The notes beneath the pieces were generated by a model. That model made no database searches, was not told the origin of the DNA, and worked only from the letters and a program-made list of their open reading frames with translations. A DNA stretch of 33,090 bases from a virus (lineage: Duplodnaviria > Caudoviricetes): the IMG/VR virus record IMGVR_UViG_3300042922_001441, positions 1-33,090 of that record; one strand, given 5' to 3'. Positions 7,367-16,957 of the stretch are shown here, piece by piece; within the stretch, counting starts at the first letter, position 1; each line of letters starts with the position of its first letter. The translations under genes were made by a program, and so were the position numbers.

Positions 7367-8388
7367 ATCTCTATCACTCTCCTTGCAACGTGATTCATTT
7401 TACCCCCAACTTTTAAATCCATATTCCAACTTGTTTCTATGTATTTTGCGTTTATATCTCCACACTTTACCCAAAGACAGTCAAGATATCCATGTACTGG
7501 ATTAATGCCTGTTTTAAATTCTAAATGAGTATATTTATTACTTGAATTATAAGCATCTTTCTTACATATATCTGTAAGGGTTTGTAAATCTGCAACGTCT
7601 GTTACCTCTGCAGCATCAACTATTGGACGTTTTCTTTTGACTGTACTGGTAACGCTAGACGGATTATTATTCTCATACACTACACGCAAAGGGGGGTTAA
7701 TATCAGGATTATTGCTATATCTAACGAAAATATTAGGAACACTGAATAAATCAAAATCCTCTATCATGTCAGGGATTAAAATACTATCAAAACCCTCTTC
7801 ATAGGTTATTGTAAACACACGATCTGTCGGTAAAACATAAGGATTTGCTGTGAACTTTCCCTGATTGTCTACTAGCAATGATATATAATTTATGGTTGCT
7901 AACAAGTCGTTTATAATGTCCAATTTGGGTGTTCCTATTTCCCATTCCCTGTTAGTACTTGTAGTCAATGTATTAGGACTTAAACTATAGCTATTAGTTC
8001 CTAATAATCGAATTATTTCATTAATAACATTAGTTCCAGCTGGAACAAAATGACGTTCTAAAACTTTATCATCGTCAAGTAATTGCAGTTTGCTATAGCA
8101 TGTAATATCTCTTGTTACTTTTATGCTACTTATATTTCTGCTTGGACTACAAATTAAAAAAACACCTAAAGGATACTCTACATTATTGAGTATCACAATA
8201 GGTTGTATTCTGTCATTAAGATAGTCTATATCTTCATCTTCCTTCATTTTAATGTTAGCACTACTTTTCAAGCGTGAAAGAGACGAATAATTTATACTAC
8301 AACTTTCTACATTGTATAATTGCTTTTTAAATGTATCTGTGTTATCTAGTAAAATATATTTAAAGTTTATTATCCTGTGATTATTCAC
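7363..8388 (-). CDS. Tail hub/baseplate protein (Tal/gp37-like position)
   Basis: YPLGVFL, GTPKLDIINDLL and VPNIFV motifs. GTG at 8388 chosen over 8481 to minimise overlap. Confidence 0.65.
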   Translation of the reverse strand: MNNHRIINFKYILLDNTDTFKKQLYNVESCSINYSSLSRLKSSANIKMKEDEDIDYLNDRIQPIVILNNVEYPLGVFLICSPSRNISSIKVTRDITCYSKLQLLDDDKVLERHFVPAGTNVINEIIRLLGTNSYSLSPNTLTTSTNREWEIGTPKLDIINDLLATINYISLLVDNQGKFTANPYVLPTDRVFTITYEEGFDSILIPDMIEDFDLFSVPNIFVRYSNNPDINPPLRVVYENNNPSSVTSTVKRKRPIVDAAEVTDVADLQTLTDICKKDAYNSSNKYTHLEFKTGINPVHGYLDCLWVKCGDINAKYIETSWNMDLKVGGKMNHVARRVIEI

Positions 8389-10453
8389 TAGTACCACCCC
8401 CAAAAACATAAGTTCCGTCAAACATCCATGTGCCATCCCACATAAGTAGTTTAAGTCCTGTATTATCTCCAGCATATACATCTTGCTCTAAGAAACTAAG
8501 TTCGGTAAAATTAAATTCAATCGTTGTTACTTCTAAATCATCAGTAATAGGCTCAAAACTTCCAAAAATCTGACCAAAAGCCTTGTTACCTTTTACATCT
8601 TTATATAACAACAACTTTGAAGACTTTAAGAGAGATGCTAATTTATCAATATGACTATAGTCTTTTGTAGCAAACTGCATAACATAACTTTTATAAGTAA
8701 TATCATCAGTTTCATAGCTAGGAGCAACACATCCAGCATACATAGTTAATGCATTATTACGGTTATACCTAGACTTAATTCTAGCATTGTATTCAAATCT
8801 TATATTATTATTTAAATCCTCTACATTATAAAAAGTATAATAATTTACCTTAGTACTTAAGGCAATCGGATCACTTTCAGCAACGCCACCTGTTTGCCCT
8901 ATGCTACGTGCTTTATACTCATACTCAGTATTAGATTTAACATAGCTATCCTCCCATGCATCAACCTCTGCCAAATTATAAGCCATACGTTTCCATTCAC
9001 CATAAGGCTCTTTTCGCCAAATCTCAGTATTTTTGTACTCAGGACTTGTTTCAGTTTCAACATTAAGTATTATGCTTCCATTTGTAATATTTGCAAACCC
9101 ACTGATACTAGGAGTGTTAGGAACAATAAAACTTGTCGTAAATGTGCCAGTTGCGTAATCAGACCATAAACCATACTGATTTTTAACTTTTAGTTTTATT
9201 GCATATGTAGTGTTGTTTTCCAAGGCGGTAGTTACGTTATATTGTTGTGAAGTACTTATAACCTCTCCTGTTGCCACAATATTACTTGATCCTTTTAGTA
9301 TTTTAAAATCATAAGATACTTGCTCCGTGCTACTCCATTTAATAAGAGGGGTAGCTGTACTAATTATTGTCTTATTTAATAGAGTTGGCACTGGTGGCTT
9401 ACCATAAGCTAAAAATGTGACAGTTTTAGTTGCTGTTGTTGTGTATCCAACCCCTTGATATGTAATCTCTAGAGTCATTGTTTTTGTGCCACTTGTAATA
9501 ATATTTGCTGGAATAATTAAGTTTTTAGCAGTTGTTCCAGTGTAAACTTTTCCATCTAATGTAAGTTTATAAGTACTTTGGTTTTGACTAGACCAACTTA
9601 CATTAATAGGTAACTCAATATTTTGATTGATATTATTAGGCTCTAAAGCTATTACAGATGGAGCGATGTATAAATTAAATATAGCCCAATCAGTAAAATC
9701 ACTTTCAGTATCCGTGGTTGATTTTGCTTTAACTCTCCAATAAATTTCTGAACCTGCTGGGAAAGTATTAGATGGAATATTATGTTCACTTAAAGCACTT
9801 TCGGCTGTAATAGTATTCACCGTTCCACTAGAACCATTTTTCCACTCAATAGTATATGTTTTCTGCAATGTTTCATCTGGGCAACTATAATTCCAATCTA
9901 ACTTGATAATTGAATTAGGATTATAAAATCCCGCTACAGGGGAGACAGTGGATAAAACAGGCTTATAATATGCTGGTAGCCAATCAACATCTAAATATGC
10001 TTCATATGCTCCATTTCTAGCACCGATATTAATTGTACTTCTTACAATGGTAGCTCCAGAAGGAATGTCTTCAAGTGGGACAGTGTAATTTGATACCGCA
10101 CTTGCGGTATATGATATATTGTAATAATCATACTGACCTATAACATTTCCTATTTTAGTCGGTGTATCAAGAACTGAACTAAGCCAGCCAGTTCCGACCG
10201 CATTACCACCATATTCTTTATTGAGGTATTTATAGTTAACACTCCAACCATTATAATAACTATTATCACTAGCACTGTATGCATAGAAAAATACTGTTAC
10301 TTTTTCTATATAATTGATATTGTTATATATTTTAGGAATATTAAAAGGTATATCAGACGTACCAGAATAATAAGAGGTACTGTTACCACTTTTTGTTGCT
10401 CTCCATGCTAAAGATGTTGCATAGCTACCTGTGGATTTAAATATTTCACTCAT
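8381..10453 (-). CDS. Distal-tail-position protein with multiple Ig/FN3-like domains
   Basis: Directly after the tape measure; YWRVKAK, LENNTTYAIKLKVKNQYGLWSD and YEYKARSI FN3-like strands. Confidence 0.7.
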   Translation of the reverse strand: MSEIFKSTGSYATSLAWRATKSGNSTSYYSGTSDIPFNIPKIYNNINYIEKVTVFFYAYSASDNSYYNGWSVNYKYLNKEYGGNAVGTGWLSSVLDTPTKIGNVIGQYDYYNISYTASAVSNYTVPLEDIPSGATIVRSTINIGARNGAYEAYLDVDWLPAYYKPVLSTVSPVAGFYNPNSIIKLDWNYSCPDETLQKTYTIEWKNGSSGTVNTITAESALSEHNIPSNTFPAGSEIYWRVKAKSTTDTESDFTDWAIFNLYIAPSVIALEPNNINQNIELPINVSWSSQNQSTYKLTLDGKVYTGTTAKNLIIPANIITSGTKTMTLEITYQGVGYTTTATKTVTFLAYGKPPVPTLLNKTIISTATPLIKWSSTEQVSYDFKILKGSSNIVATGEVISTSQQYNVTTALENNTTYAIKLKVKNQYGLWSDYATGTFTTSFIVPNTPSISGFANITNGSIILNVETETSPEYKNTEIWRKEPYGEWKRMAYNLAEVDAWEDSYVKSNTEYEYKARSIGQTGGVAESDPIALSTKVNYYTFYNVEDLNNNIRFEYNARIKSRYNRNNALTMYAGCVAPSYETDDITYKSYVMQFATKDYSHIDKLASLLKSSKLLLYKDVKGNKAFGQIFGSFEPITDDLEVTTIEFNFTELSFLEQDVYAGDNTGLKLLMWDGTWMFDGTYVFGGGTSE

Positions 10454-10460
10454 CTAATAA

Positions 10461-12482
10461 TCACCCCTCTCTTGCAAATTGCACTTGTTTTCTTGGCATA
10501 TCAATAAAAGCCTGTTTTAACTGTTCAAATTCAGCTAATAAGGCATCTAATTTATTCTCAACGCCCGTATTATCCACTTTCATATTTTCCATCATTTCTT
10601 TACTTTGTTGAGCTGTATATACTCTTGAACCTCTAGGTAAATCTATCAATTCATCACCATTTCCATCGTTTGTCTTAGCAAGTCCACCTGTATGGTAATT
10701 TGTACCAATCGCATAAGACTTATAACCAGCCTGATTAACTGAGCCTTTTAGTTTATTTGCATTAGCCGTTACTTGACCAGCAACACTTGCACTATCAGCA
10801 CCTACCTTTTTAAGAGCGTTACTAGCCTCATTACTTCCTTTTGACAGCAATACAAGTAGACCAACTACAAGTGCAATTGCCGCAGCTATTGCTAATATAA
10901 CAGGTAGAGAGATACCACCAGCTAATCCTAAACTTGCTATACCAGCAGATGCTACACCAGAACCAGCACCCAATGCAATCAATGCCGCGCTCAGTAACCC
11001 TAGTATCTTTGCCATACTTGCAAATGCAATTACTCCCATAGTTACTGGGGCAGGTATACTAGCAACAACTTTTGCAACGATGGATAGAAAGTCAATAATT
11101 GGACTTAATGCCTCACCTAATTTAACTAGAGATACTTTTAAATCATTAAGACTCACTGTTAATCTACCACTAGAAGTCTGTCCTAATATATTTAATGCTT
11201 CATCTGTTGCCCCACTGCTATTTTTGATTTGATCTAATACCTCAGTAAACTTCTTACCACCGTCAGAAGTCAGATTCAACATACCGCTTAGAGACTTGAT
11301 GTTTCCAAATAATTTACCTATTTCCTCTTTGCTACCACCTGTTTTCCTCATTACATCATCCATAAATCCAGCGAATCCCTTTCTCTCTAACGCAGCAACA
11401 TTGAATTGTATACCTAAATCTTTAGCTGCTTGCGCTGCTTCTGCTGTCGGACTTATTAATGCACTCATAATTTGTTTAACATTTGTGATAGCTGTATCAG
11501 CTTTTACTCCACTGAGTGTCATTGTAGCTATAGCTGCTTCTACTTGCTCCAGTGGCACTTTAGCACTTGCACTAATCGAGATTAAATCACCCATACTTGC
11601 GGACAAATCACCTATAGTCAATTTACCTAATTTTTGAGTAATTATAAATGAATCTACAATACCCCTTGCATCGTCAGCACTTTTCCCATATCCATTTATG
11701 GCAGAAGTTAGAATATCAGCAGCAGTACTTGCATCTGTAAATCCTGCTTTAGCAAGTCTAGCAGACTGTTCTAAAACTATATTTACTTTAGATGTTTCAA
11801 TTCCACTACTTAGAATTTGATAGTTTGCGTTAGCCATTACGTCGGCTGCTAAACCATATTTTTTTGACATATCCAGTACATGATTGGTCATATCGTTATA
11901 GCTGACTTGTGTTTCATCCATAATTGTGCGTGATTTAACCATGGCTTGGTCAAACGTTAAAAATGCCTTAGTTGCTACTACACCAAATGCAACAACTGCT
12001 GCAGCAGTAGCCATAAATTGATTTTTAAGAGAATCAAGATTAATACCAGCTCGATCAGCACCCATGCGAAAATTTTCTAATTCCATTTTGGCTTTTCCAA
12101 ATACAGTATTACTTTTTGCCACCTCATTATTAACCCTTTGATATTGAGTTTCTAGCCTAGATAATTGTGCCTGTGCATTCTTTAATTCAATTGTTTTAGA
12201 TGAAATAGCCGTCTGATTCTTATTTTCTGCCGTGCTTAATTCAGTTACTTTTGTTGTTAATAGAGCAACTTTTTCAGCCTGTAGTCTAACTTTTTCTTTT
12301 AGTACTTCTTGTTTTAGTCCTAGTTTATCGTAACTTGTACCCGTATTCACCGCTTGAGCCGATGATTTATTAAATTCAGCATTTAATAACGCCATTTGTT
12401 TATTTACGTCTGCTGTACCCTTATTTACCGAACTTCCATCAAATTCAAGGACTATTTTTCTCTTATAATTTTTACCTGCCAC
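10461..12482 (-). CDS. Tape measure protein (TP901-family core)
   Basis: Coiled-coil N-terminus, Ala/Gly-rich core (ARLAKAGFTD, AKDLGIQF), hydrophobic stretch, C-terminal YAIGTNYH..G.ELIDLPRGSRVY. Confidence 0.95.
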   Translation of the reverse strand: MAGKNYKRKIVLEFDGSSVNKGTADVNKQMALLNAEFNKSSAQAVNTGTSYDKLGLKQEVLKEKVRLQAEKVALLTTKVTELSTAENKNQTAISSKTIELKNAQAQLSRLETQYQRVNNEVAKSNTVFGKAKMELENFRMGADRAGINLDSLKNQFMATAAAVVAFGVVATKAFLTFDQAMVKSRTIMDETQVSYNDMTNHVLDMSKKYGLAADVMANANYQILSSGIETSKVNIVLEQSARLAKAGFTDASTAADILTSAINGYGKSADDARGIVDSFIITQKLGKLTIGDLSASMGDLISISASAKVPLEQVEAAIATMTLSGVKADTAITNVKQIMSALISPTAEAAQAAKDLGIQFNVAALERKGFAGFMDDVMRKTGGSKEEIGKLFGNIKSLSGMLNLTSDGGKKFTEVLDQIKNSSGATDEALNILGQTSSGRLTVSLNDLKVSLVKLGEALSPIIDFLSIVAKVVASIPAPVTMGVIAFASMAKILGLLSAALIALGAGSGVASAGIASLGLAGGISLPVILAIAAAIALVVGLLVLLSKGSNEASNALKKVGADSASVAGQVTANANKLKGSVNQAGYKSYAIGTNYHTGGLAKTNDGNGDELIDLPRGSRVYTAQQSKEMMENMKVDNTGVENKLDALLAEFEQLKQAFIDMPRKQVQFAREG

Positions 12483-12528
12483 TTATTAGCACCATCCTTT
12501 CTATAAAATAAAAAAGAGATGCTAAAGG

Positions 12529-12759
12529 TTAAATTAAACCCTTAATATCTCTCATGCTTTTGACTTCTTTTGGTTTTTGTTTTATATTTCCAGTTTTAAA
12601 TTGACCGTGAAGGTTTATTAATAACAAGTTTTTTCCTAATGAGTTAATAAAAAATTCAGACTCAGGCCTGTTCATTTCGATACAATATACATAATATAAA
12701 GTCTCAAAATCTATTTCATGTATTTCTTCTTCATTTTTATCAACTCTACCTGAAAATTT
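12529..12759 (-). CDS. -1 frameshift extension of the tail assembly chaperone (gpGT-like)
   Basis: The -1 frame is open from slippery A AAT TTT (12753-12759) to TAA at 12529: ..IDFETLYYVYCIEMNRPESEFF..KGLI. Confidence 0.75.
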   Translation of the reverse strand, partial: KFSGRVDKNEEEIHEIDFETLYYVYCIEMNRPESEFFINSLGKNLLLINLHGQFKTGNIKQKPKEVKSMRDIKGLI

Positions 12760-13106
12760 AGTTTCATTTCCTCATCAGCCTGTGTCATAAATGATTCATA
12801 CACATAGTCACTTATAGTTGTTATTAATTCTAATCCACCGCCCACAACGATGTTTTTGACCTCATCATATGTTGCACTAGTGTCTAAAACTTTCATACCG
12901 CAATAAAGTATTTTACTTGCAAAATCATAAGGTTTAGTTTTAGCTTCTTTTACAATCTCACTAATTTCACCAAATTCTTCCACCAACAACATTATTGCTT
13001 GTGTGTTAAACAATGCTTCTTTAACTGTGCCATCTGAAAACTCAAGTTCTAACGTTTCTAAAGGTTTAATTAATATTCGTCTTTTAGCCAATTTTATCAA
13101 CTCCAT
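12711..13106 (-). CDS. Tail assembly chaperone (gpG-like)
   Basis: Between major tail and tape measure genes; slippery heptamer near the 3' end. Confidence 0.8.
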   Translation of the reverse strand: MELIKLAKRRILIKPLETLELEFSDGTVKEALFNTQAIMLLVEEFGEISEIVKEAKTKPYDFASKILYCGMKVLDTSATYDEVKNIVVGGGLELITTISDYVYESFMTQADEEMKLNFQVELIKMKKKYMK

Positions 13107-13123
13107 TATTTAATTTTATTAAT

Positions 13124-13160
13124 AAGAAAACCACTGACACACTATTAACATGCCAGTGGT
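13124..13160 (-). terminator. Terminator after the major tail gene
   Basis: ACCACTGGCA..TGTCAGTGGT followed by TTTCTT on the minus strand. Confidence 0.6.
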
Positions 13161-13170
13161 AAATTTAGTA

Positions 13171-13740
13171 TTACGGGGTAACTGGTGGTACTGGAGGAAT
13201 ACTTGCGAACCAAGTATTGGCACATAAGAAATCTGAATCAACAGTTTCACCGAAAAGTTTAATATCACCTTGTGGGTCTTTCATCGCTGTAAAAGTTATA
13301 GTATCTGTACTATAGTTTATATTGTCTGTACTTTGTTGTACTTCGCTTTGCATAGGTGCTGCTTTACAGTTTAATATCCAAATAAACTCAGATTTTGAGC
13401 CCGTTAACTCAACTTCCCACCCAATAGCTACTTGTACTGCTTCATTACTAACGTTGTCATGGGTAATACCATTAGCATCCTTGGTTTTGCCAAGCATAAT
13501 ATTTGCATCCTCAATAGGCATTTTATTCAATTGCAGGCTTATATTTGCCCCTGTAAGCCTAGAAATCTGGTCACTTATACTCCCATCTCCGTATAACGTT
13601 CCCTCTGCAATCGTGGGTGTAAAACCTACTTGCATGGCATTACTAATTAATTTAGGTGTATCATATGTAAATGCCCCTGTAGCGGGATCAACTGTTACTT
13701 TTGCATAATGTAAATTTTTAACATTTATTCTGTTATTCAT
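13171..13740 (-). CDS. Major tail protein (phi13 family)
   Basis: NVKNLHYAKV, YDTP, LYGDG and VAIGWE motifs. Confidence 0.9.
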   Translation of the reverse strand: MNNRINVKNLHYAKVTVDPATGAFTYDTPKLISNAMQVGFTPTIAEGTLYGDGSISDQISRLTGANISLQLNKMPIEDANIMLGKTKDANGITHDNVSNEAVQVAIGWEVELTGSKSEFIWILNCKAAPMQSEVQQSTDNINYSTDTITFTAMKDPQGDIKLFGETVDSDFLCANTWFASIPPVPPVTP

Positions 13741-14096
13741 TATAAAACCTCACTTTCTATATAATTGAAAATTAATATTTTGTGATAGATTACTTTACTA
13801 TCGCTTACCTTTTCGACATCATCATTAGCATAAGCAAATTTAAACTTAGCTAATTTTAGAAGTCTCTTTACTTCTTTAACAGTGCTTCTATAATCCACAA
13901 GAGAAAATATATCTACTTGTAAAGAGCCTATTTCTTCATTGCCTTCGCCATCCCCAAAACAAGCATCAGATTCACCGAAAAAATGATAACTGATAACTGT
14001 TTTCTTACCATCAAATGCTGGTCTCAATTGCCATGCCGTAGGTAATACTAAAGGTTCCAATACCTCTTTTACTTTTTCAACCATTAAAACCACCAC
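13740..14096 (-). CDS. Tail completion/terminator protein
   Basis: ISY..F...GD..E...LQVDIFS...YHK; immediately upstream of the major tail gene. Confidence 0.75.
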   Translation of the reverse strand: MVVLMVEKVKEVLEPLVLPTAWQLRPAFDGKKTVISYHFFGESDACFGDGEGNEEIGSLQVDIFSLVDYRSTVKEVKRLLKLAKFKFAYANDDVEKVSDSKVIYHKILIFNYIESEVL

Positions 14097-14481
14097 CTAA
14101 AACTCTGTCTATAATATTGTCAATTTCAAATTCAGTTTGATTCAGTGCATTATCAATAAAATGTCTAGCACCTTTACCGCCATAGGTTCCATCATTAACT
14201 AAGTGCCATTTTGTACCCGTCTTACCACCTTGAACCTTAACAATTTTACCGCCGTATTTATTTGTACCAGTTACAATACGTACATCATCTGCCATGTGTT
14301 TATATTGCTCTCTTTCTTCTGTATCATTGGTACGGATTCTATTTAGTTCACTTACAGCTTTTTCTTTTATAATCGTAGCACTTTCTTTAAGTATTTTTTC
14401 CTGTGCAACATCTGTAAATTTATTAATATCATTCAGCCATACTTCAAATGATTCTCCCTCTTGTTTAACATTCATACTCAT
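14077..14481 (-). CDS. HK97 gp10-like neck protein
   Basis: HMADD, WHLVNDGT and ARHFI motifs. Confidence 0.8.
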   Translation of the reverse strand: MSMNVKQEGESFEVWLNDINKFTDVAQEKILKESATIIKEKAVSELNRIRTNDTEEREQYKHMADDVRIVTGTNKYGGKIVKVQGGKTGTKWHLVNDGTYGGKGARHFIDNALNQTEFEIDNIIDRVLGGGFNG

Positions 14482-14484
14482 AAG

Positions 14485-14814
14485 TTACCATCCCTCATTT
14501 TCTATAATGTTAGCTACAATAATTAAATAAGTATTCATTTTATCAAGAGGTTTTATTCCTTGAATCTTATATGTATTAGACTTATACCTAATAGCCATAT
14601 TATTTTTAATATCTTCACGATATCGAATAATAAATTTAAGGGTATTGGAGAAATTTACTGCTTCACTTGAATACATTTCTTTTACAGATACATACTCAAC
14701 CTTTGACCAAACAGTTATATAATCATCAAAGTTATCATCAGATAAATCTATAATACTTGTCTGCTCTTTAGGCTTTAGGATTGTAATCCTATCTTTCATG
14801 TCTCCTATCTGCAT
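14485..14814 (-). CDS. Head closure protein (SPP1 gp16-like)
   Basis: MQIGDMKDRITI, TVWSKV, FIIRYREDI..MAI.Y....YKI. Confidence 0.9.
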   Translation of the reverse strand: MQIGDMKDRITILKPKEQTSIIDLSDDNFDDYITVWSKVEYVSVKEMYSSEAVNFSNTLKFIIRYREDIKNNMAIRYKSNTYKIQGIKPLDKMNTYLIIVANIIENEGW

Positions 14815-14867
14815 ATGTCACCGCCCTCTTTAAAATAAGAGGGATAGGATTTACCTACCCCAATTAA

Positions 14868-15956
14868 TTAAAATTCAATCTTTTTAATAGAACGTGTAGA
14901 TCCTTTCGCAACTGCAAATCTTTCAAGGATTCTAATTTTCACAGTATCATTATCAAATCCTGCTTCTTTAGATTTTGCAATAGTAACTGCTTTTCGGTCG
15001 CAGAACTTTACAGCTTCTTTCATATTAACTATGTAGAATACCTGTGATTTCCCTTCTGAAATAGGTAATAATGTATCATCTACAACTAATAACTCTTTAC
15101 CATTAAACATATATTTACCGTTGATTTCAGTTATAAGATTCAAAGGTCTTTTTTGTGTGTCTTTTACATTTTTCAGATAAGCATATCCCTCAACGTTTGT
15201 AACTGTAATTAATCCAGCCTTTACAGAAGGTAAAGATTTATCAATAGCGCTTACTACGTCACTGTAATCTACGGCACCAGTAACCGCTACTGCATTGTCT
15301 TTAACTACTTTTAAAATCTTTGTGTTTTCAACAACAGTTACAATTTCAGCAAAGTTTTTATTAACTAAACTTTCAATTTCAACCTCTGCATCATCTACTA
15401 ATTCCGATGTTAGAGGTTGAATTAAACCATGTTTTGCACATTTAAAAGGTAACTCTGTTGTAACAAGTGTACCGTCAAGAATATTGTCACCCTCTACAAC
15501 CTCTGGTAATGTGTTCTGATCTAAATCCACAACTGGAATCGTACCTTCATTCTTTGTAACTGGGATAATATCACAATATTCTTTGATGCTTCCAAATCCC
15601 TTTTTAATTTCTTGAAGTTCGTTAACAAATTGTTTTGGTATTACTGCACTATTATCAACTGTTTTAATAGCTGCTCTTTCTTCCGCTGTTAATTCCTTAC
15701 CCATAAGACTTTTTATAACTGCTCTCATTTCATTTACTTTTCCCATTTCTTTACCTCTTTCTTGTGTTTGATTTTTTTGATTTTCTAATGCTTGCCTTTC
15801 TTCTACTTCTTGCTCTTCCGCTAAAACAAGTAATTCCTTAGTCTTTCTAATTTCTTCTTTTAAGGCTTTTGCAGATTCTACATCTCTCGCCTCAATTTTC
15901 TTTGCTAACTCATCAGTTTTAGTTACAATCTCATTTCTTAATTCTTCAATATTCAT
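14868..15956 (-). CDS. Major capsid protein, HK97 fold
   Basis: N-terminal coiled-coil delta domain; AVIPKQFVNEL, G.IPV, TSELVDDA, ERF motifs. Confidence 0.95.
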   Translation of the reverse strand: MNIEELRNEIVTKTDELAKKIEARDVESAKALKEEIRKTKELLVLAEEQEVEERQALENQKNQTQERGKEMGKVNEMRAVIKSLMGKELTAEERAAIKTVDNSAVIPKQFVNELQEIKKGFGSIKEYCDIIPVTKNEGTIPVVDLDQNTLPEVVEGDNILDGTLVTTELPFKCAKHGLIQPLTSELVDDAEVEIESLVNKNFAEIVTVVENTKILKVVKDNAVAVTGAVDYSDVVSAIDKSLPSVKAGLITVTNVEGYAYLKNVKDTQKRPLNLITEINGKYMFNGKELLVVDDTLLPISEGKSQVFYIVNMKEAVKFCDRKAVTIAKSKEAGFDNDTVKIRILERFAVAKGSTRSIKKIEF

Positions 15957-16025
15957 AATTTTTACCTCATCCTTCTGCCATGTTTGGCTATATATTTTTT
16001 AATTTTTTGCATAAAAAAAGAACTA

Positions 16026-16658
16026 TTAAAAAATCTCATTTGAAATTTTAAATAGCTCTAAATCAACTTTAAGTTCTTCTAACTCTTTAATTGTCTGCAA
16101 ATCCTTTTCACGCTCTTCTTTACTACGCTTGTATAAAGTAGTAGAAGTAGAATTATACGCTGGAAATGTAACAATACTTACATCCATAATAGTTTCTATT
16201 TTATTAACTGTCCTAAAATCATAACCTCTGGTTCCATCGTCCCAATCCCAAGATTGAGCATCATCATCTGTCCAATCTAGGCTAAATCTGAAACTGCATT
16301 TACCAATGATACCACTTTCCATATTTTTAATTAAATCTCTTGCATAAGAGGTATCAGTGGGAATAGTATCAAAGAATAGTCCTTTTTCATCTATTGTTAA
16401 TTTTAAACTGCCGATTCCATCAGATTTGTTATTACGTGCAAGGATATAATTATTGTCATGATTAATATTTAGAATAACATCATTCATATCTGTATTATCT
16501 AAAGCACCTTTTCTTATGGTTTCTCTAAATCCTAAATCTTCACTGATTGTATCAAAGGTTAACGCATAGCCTTGTATATGTGTTTGCTTCTCATCACCTT
16601 CTCCTATTTCCCTTATTTCAAATTTATTAATCAAACTTCTTACTTCATGTTCAGGCAT
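16026..16658 (-). CDS. HK97-family prohead protease
   Basis: IQGYALTFD, FRETIRKGA, NHD...LAR, KCSFRF, DVSIVTFPAY. Confidence 0.95.
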   Translation of the reverse strand: MPEHEVRSLINKFEIREIGEGDEKQTHIQGYALTFDTISEDLGFRETIRKGALDNTDMNDVILNINHDNNYILARNNKSDGIGSLKLTIDEKGLFFDTIPTDTSYARDLIKNMESGIIGKCSFRFSLDWTDDDAQSWDWDDGTRGYDFRTVNKIETIMDVSIVTFPAYNSTSTTLYKRSKEEREKDLQTIKELEELKVDLELFKISNEIF

Positions 16659-16672
16659 TTAATCACCCCCTT

Positions 16673-16957
16673 TTATGTGTAGTTGCCTAATTTATCTAAT
16701 ATAGTTGTTACAATTTTATCTTGCTTTACATTATTAGCCACTTCATAATCTCTTTGATCGTATAAGTCACTCATTAATTTTAATTGTAATAAATTTGCTA
16801 ACTTTACTGCTTTTTCATCAGTTTTATAAGCATCCCCAACACAACTGTCAATGTAAATCAGACTAGTATCAATTAAAGTATTTATATACTCGTCATCATA
16901 ATCTGAATCAATCTTTAGGTACTGTTTTGCTTGCTGCAACGTTATCATCATTATCAC
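16673..16957 (-). CDS. Head-tail connector (HK97 gp6-like)
   Basis: ITLQQAKQYLKID..DDEYI..LI...LYDQR. Confidence 0.9.
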   Translation of the reverse strand: MIMMITLQQAKQYLKIDSDYDDEYINTLIDTSLIYIDSCVGDAYKTDEKAVKLANLLQLKLMSDLYDQRDYEVANNVKQDKIVTTILDKLGNYT

